A stretch of DNA of 19,232 nt. Source: Waddliaceae bacterium. Lineage in GTDB: Bacteria; Chlamydiota; Chlamydiia; Chlamydiales; SLFE01. Location of the stretch: the NCBI GenBank assembly GCA_963783885.1, contig CAWAPJ010000044.1, positions 1-19,232 on the forward strand, read 5' to 3'. Shown here piece after piece: positions 17,312 to 19,232 of the stretch. The notes under the pieces are model-generated. The model worked only from the letters and a program-made list of their open reading frames with translations, did not search any database and was not told where the DNA came from. Within the stretch, counting starts at the first letter, position 1. Each line of letters opens with the position of its first letter. The position numbers were made by a program, and so were the translations under genes.

Positions 17312-18846
17312 AAGCCAGACTACCGAGGAAATTGCAAAACTCTGGCAGGCCGCTTTTTGGCTTTTTCACTGACCTTTGCTATTTGGCACAAATAGAAAAT
17401 CTCGGCAAAATAGCTCAAAAAATCGGTTTTGCCTTAGTTTCGCAACTCCCTCTGCTTGTCTTTCTACTCCTCGCCGGGTGCATGATCGGCCCCAATTACC
17501 GCCGCCCCTGCCTCGATATCCCTCAGGAGTACCGGTACGAACCCCAACACGTCGAAGGCACGCTTAATACTGCCTGGTGGGAGCAGTTCGAAGACCCGAT
17601 TCTATTAGCATTGATAGAGCAGGCCCTCGCAAACAACTATGACATTAAAATTGCCGCGGCAAATGTCGAGCAAGCTCTTGGAGTTTTAATCCAAACAAGG
17701 TCGCAATTATTTCCCCAAACGGGCTATTCGGTCAATGCCGCCCGCATTAAAGAGGGGACAACAACAACAGGGGGTCTTCCCACCCTCTTTTTCAGCAACC
17801 CATTTTCAGAATACGAGCTCCTCGCCCAAGGGTCCTGGGAGATCGATCTCTGGGGGAGAATCCGCAGGCTGACCCAAGCGGCTAGCGCCGAGCTTTTCGC
17901 CGCCGATCAGGCAAGAAAAGCTGTGATTCTCTCGGTTGTCGCCCTTACGGCGAATACATATCTGCAGCTAATCGGCCTCGACGCCCAGCTCAAGGTCGCC
18001 AATGAGACTCTAGAGGCCTATAGTGAGGAGGTTACCTACTTTACCAATCAGTTCAACTATGGGCAAGCCTCCCAAATGCTCGTCGCCCAAGCCCAAACGC
18101 AGTACGAACTAGCCGCGGCGACTATCCCCGAATTGGAATTGCAGATCGCCCAAACAGAAAATGCCCTCTCTATCCTCCTGGGGAGCAATCCGGGGGCCAT
18201 TCCGAGAGGAAAAACGATCTACGACCTCACTTTGCCAACAATTCCAGAGGGAATTCCCTCTGAGATCCTTTGCAACAGACCCGATGTTTTAGAGGCCGAG
18301 TATAACCTCGTCGCTTCAAATGCTCTGGTCGGCGCCGCAAAAGCCCTTTATTTTCCCGATATTAGCTTGACAGGCTTTTACGGGTATGCAAGTAGAGAGC
18401 TCGGAAGCCTATTCAACGGCCCATCGAGAACGTGGTCCTATGCAGGTTCTATCATCGGCCCGCTTTTCACCTTCGGAAATATCTATGGCCAGGTCAAGCA
18501 GGCCGAAGCCTCCTACCTCGCCTCCCTCTTTGACTACAAAAATACGATCATAAGCGCCTTTAGCGATGTGGAAAACGCTCTTGCCGCCTACGAGTACCTC
18601 CAAAATCAATTTGACGCGCAAAAAAGGCTAGTCGCCGCCTCTGGAGAGTACGTCCACCTTGCAAAGCTCCAGTACAAGGGGGGCTACTCGCCCTATTTCG
18701 TTGTTCTCCAGGCCCAAGAGCAGTATTTCCCCGCCCAGCTCTCTTGGATTCAAACAAGGGTGGGGTTGTTCTCTTCCGTTGTCAATACCTATCAAGCCAT
18801 GGGGGGCGGATGGGTGAATATCGCAGAACAAAGGGTCTGTGAATGA
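17308..18846 (+). CDS. Outer membrane efflux lipoprotein (NodT/OprM family) with N-terminal repeat insertion
   Basis: ATGA overlap with the permease stop; lipobox LLAGC; motifs WWEQFEDP.L..LI..AL.NN.D, SWEIDLWGRIR, RPDV..AE, YFP.ISLTG and Y.AMGGGW. Confidence 0.95.
   Translation: MKARLPRKLQNSGRPLFGFFTDLCYLAQIENLGKIAQKIGFALVSQLPLLVFLLLAGCMIGPNYRRPCLDIPQEYRYEPQHVEGTLNTAWWEQFEDPILLALIEQALANNYDIKIAAANVEQALGVLIQTRSQLFPQTGYSVNAARIKEGTTTTGGLPTLFFSNPFSEYELLAQGSWEIDLWGRIRRLTQAASAELFAADQARKAVILSVVALTANTYLQLIGLDAQLKVANETLEAYSEEVTYFTNQFNYGQASQMLVAQAQTQYELAAATIPELELQIAQTENALSILLGSNPGAIPRGKTIYDLTLPTIPEGIPSEILCNRPDVLEAEYNLVASNALVGAAKALYFPDISLTGFYGYASRELGSLFNGPSRTWSYAGSIIGPLFTFGNIYGQVKQAEASYLASLFDYKNTIISAFSDVENALAAYEYLQNQFDAQKRLVAASGEYVHLAKLQYKGGYSPYFVVLQAQEQYFPAQLSWIQTRVGLFSSVVNTYQAMGGGWVNIAEQRVCE
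17317..17461. repeat. Palindromic element C inserted in-frame in the OMF signal peptide
   Basis: Arms gaggaaattgcaaaact (17325-17341) / agtttcgcaactccctc (17436-17452) pair at 14/17. Inner ggcaggccg / cggttttgcc, apex ctatttg-gca-caaatag (17379-17395), outer agac / gtct. Confidence 0.8.
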
Positions 18847-18872
18847 GGTCTTAAGCATAGAAAAAACAAGAA

Positions 18873-19232
18873 TTACCTTTGATGAATGAAGAAATCGACG
18901 GTCAGGGTGTCTGGATCGAAATCTCCCCAAAGCTCGTAATAGAGCTCTTCGGATAATTCCAAATCCTGAAAATCGTCCCAGCTGTCGAGAATAATGATCG
19001 GCAGGCCGGCATAAAATTCGGAATTGATGCTTCTTGTGACAATGGGGATCGCTCTCAGGTAGAGCGCCTCCCAGGTGCGGTGGCAGTCGACCCCGTTTTC
19101 TTCGGGCGAGATCACAAAATAGGACATGGCGACTTCTTTGAGGAACGTCCGAAAGGGCTTTCTCCCCGCTAGAGGAACACCTGTCATTTCAAGGCACTTT
19201 GTACTTGCCATTGAAATAAAAATTTCAATTAT
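18873..19232 (-). pseudogene. Exostosin-like (GT47-related) glycosyltransferase C-terminal fragment
   Basis: FVISPEENGVDCHRTWEALYLRAIPIV resembles F.ISP.GNG.DCHRTWEAL..G.IPIV. The frame stays open to the window edge, so it is either 5'-truncated or continues outside the window. Confidence 0.6.
18963..19004. repeat. 42-bp direct repeat, right copy (coding LPIIILDSWDDFQD)
   Basis: Matches 13026-13067 at 40/42. Confidence 0.9.

Noticed and set aside
13114..18846. Specific gene symbols (acrAB, mexAB-oprM)
   Set aside because: The family is clear, but orthology cannot be established without a phylogeny.
13162..18930. Numerous antisense or nested ORFs in the RND operon
   Set aside because: They are shadow ORFs of well-supported genes.
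19210..19229. AT-rich inverted repeat attgaaat-aaaa-atttcaat
   Set aside because: It is short, AT-rich and at the window edge, so no function can be assigned.

Overview
This is a mosaic accessory region, probably from an environmental Chlamydiae-like bacterium; the taxon is an inference from repeat and IS style only. Left part (minus strand, AT-rich): a polymorphic toxin locus. It has a 1640-aa Rhs/YD protein with a Sec-type N-terminus, a DUF6531-like region, a DPDG junction and an Ntox37-like tip. Two paralogous candidate immunity genes follow, then an orphan toxin-tip remnant with a third candidate immunity gene, bracketed by two copies of a palindromic repeat. Middle: gene debris, comprising an internally deleted AAA_14/DUF4143 ATPase, a 5'-truncated M29 aminopeptidase fused to a 5'-truncated IS91/ISCR-like transposase, two direct copies of that element's oriIS end around a 461-aa hypothetical gene, and an IS982 remnant. 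Right part (GC-richer): a Bcr/CflA MFS transporter, a small membrane ORF and a complete RND tripartite efflux operon flanked by a 42-bp direct repeat derived from an exostosin-like glycosyltransferase gene. Three different ~120-145 bp nested palindromic elements (RPE-like) occur, two of them contributing protein sequence. All family assignments come from recalled motifs, not from searches.
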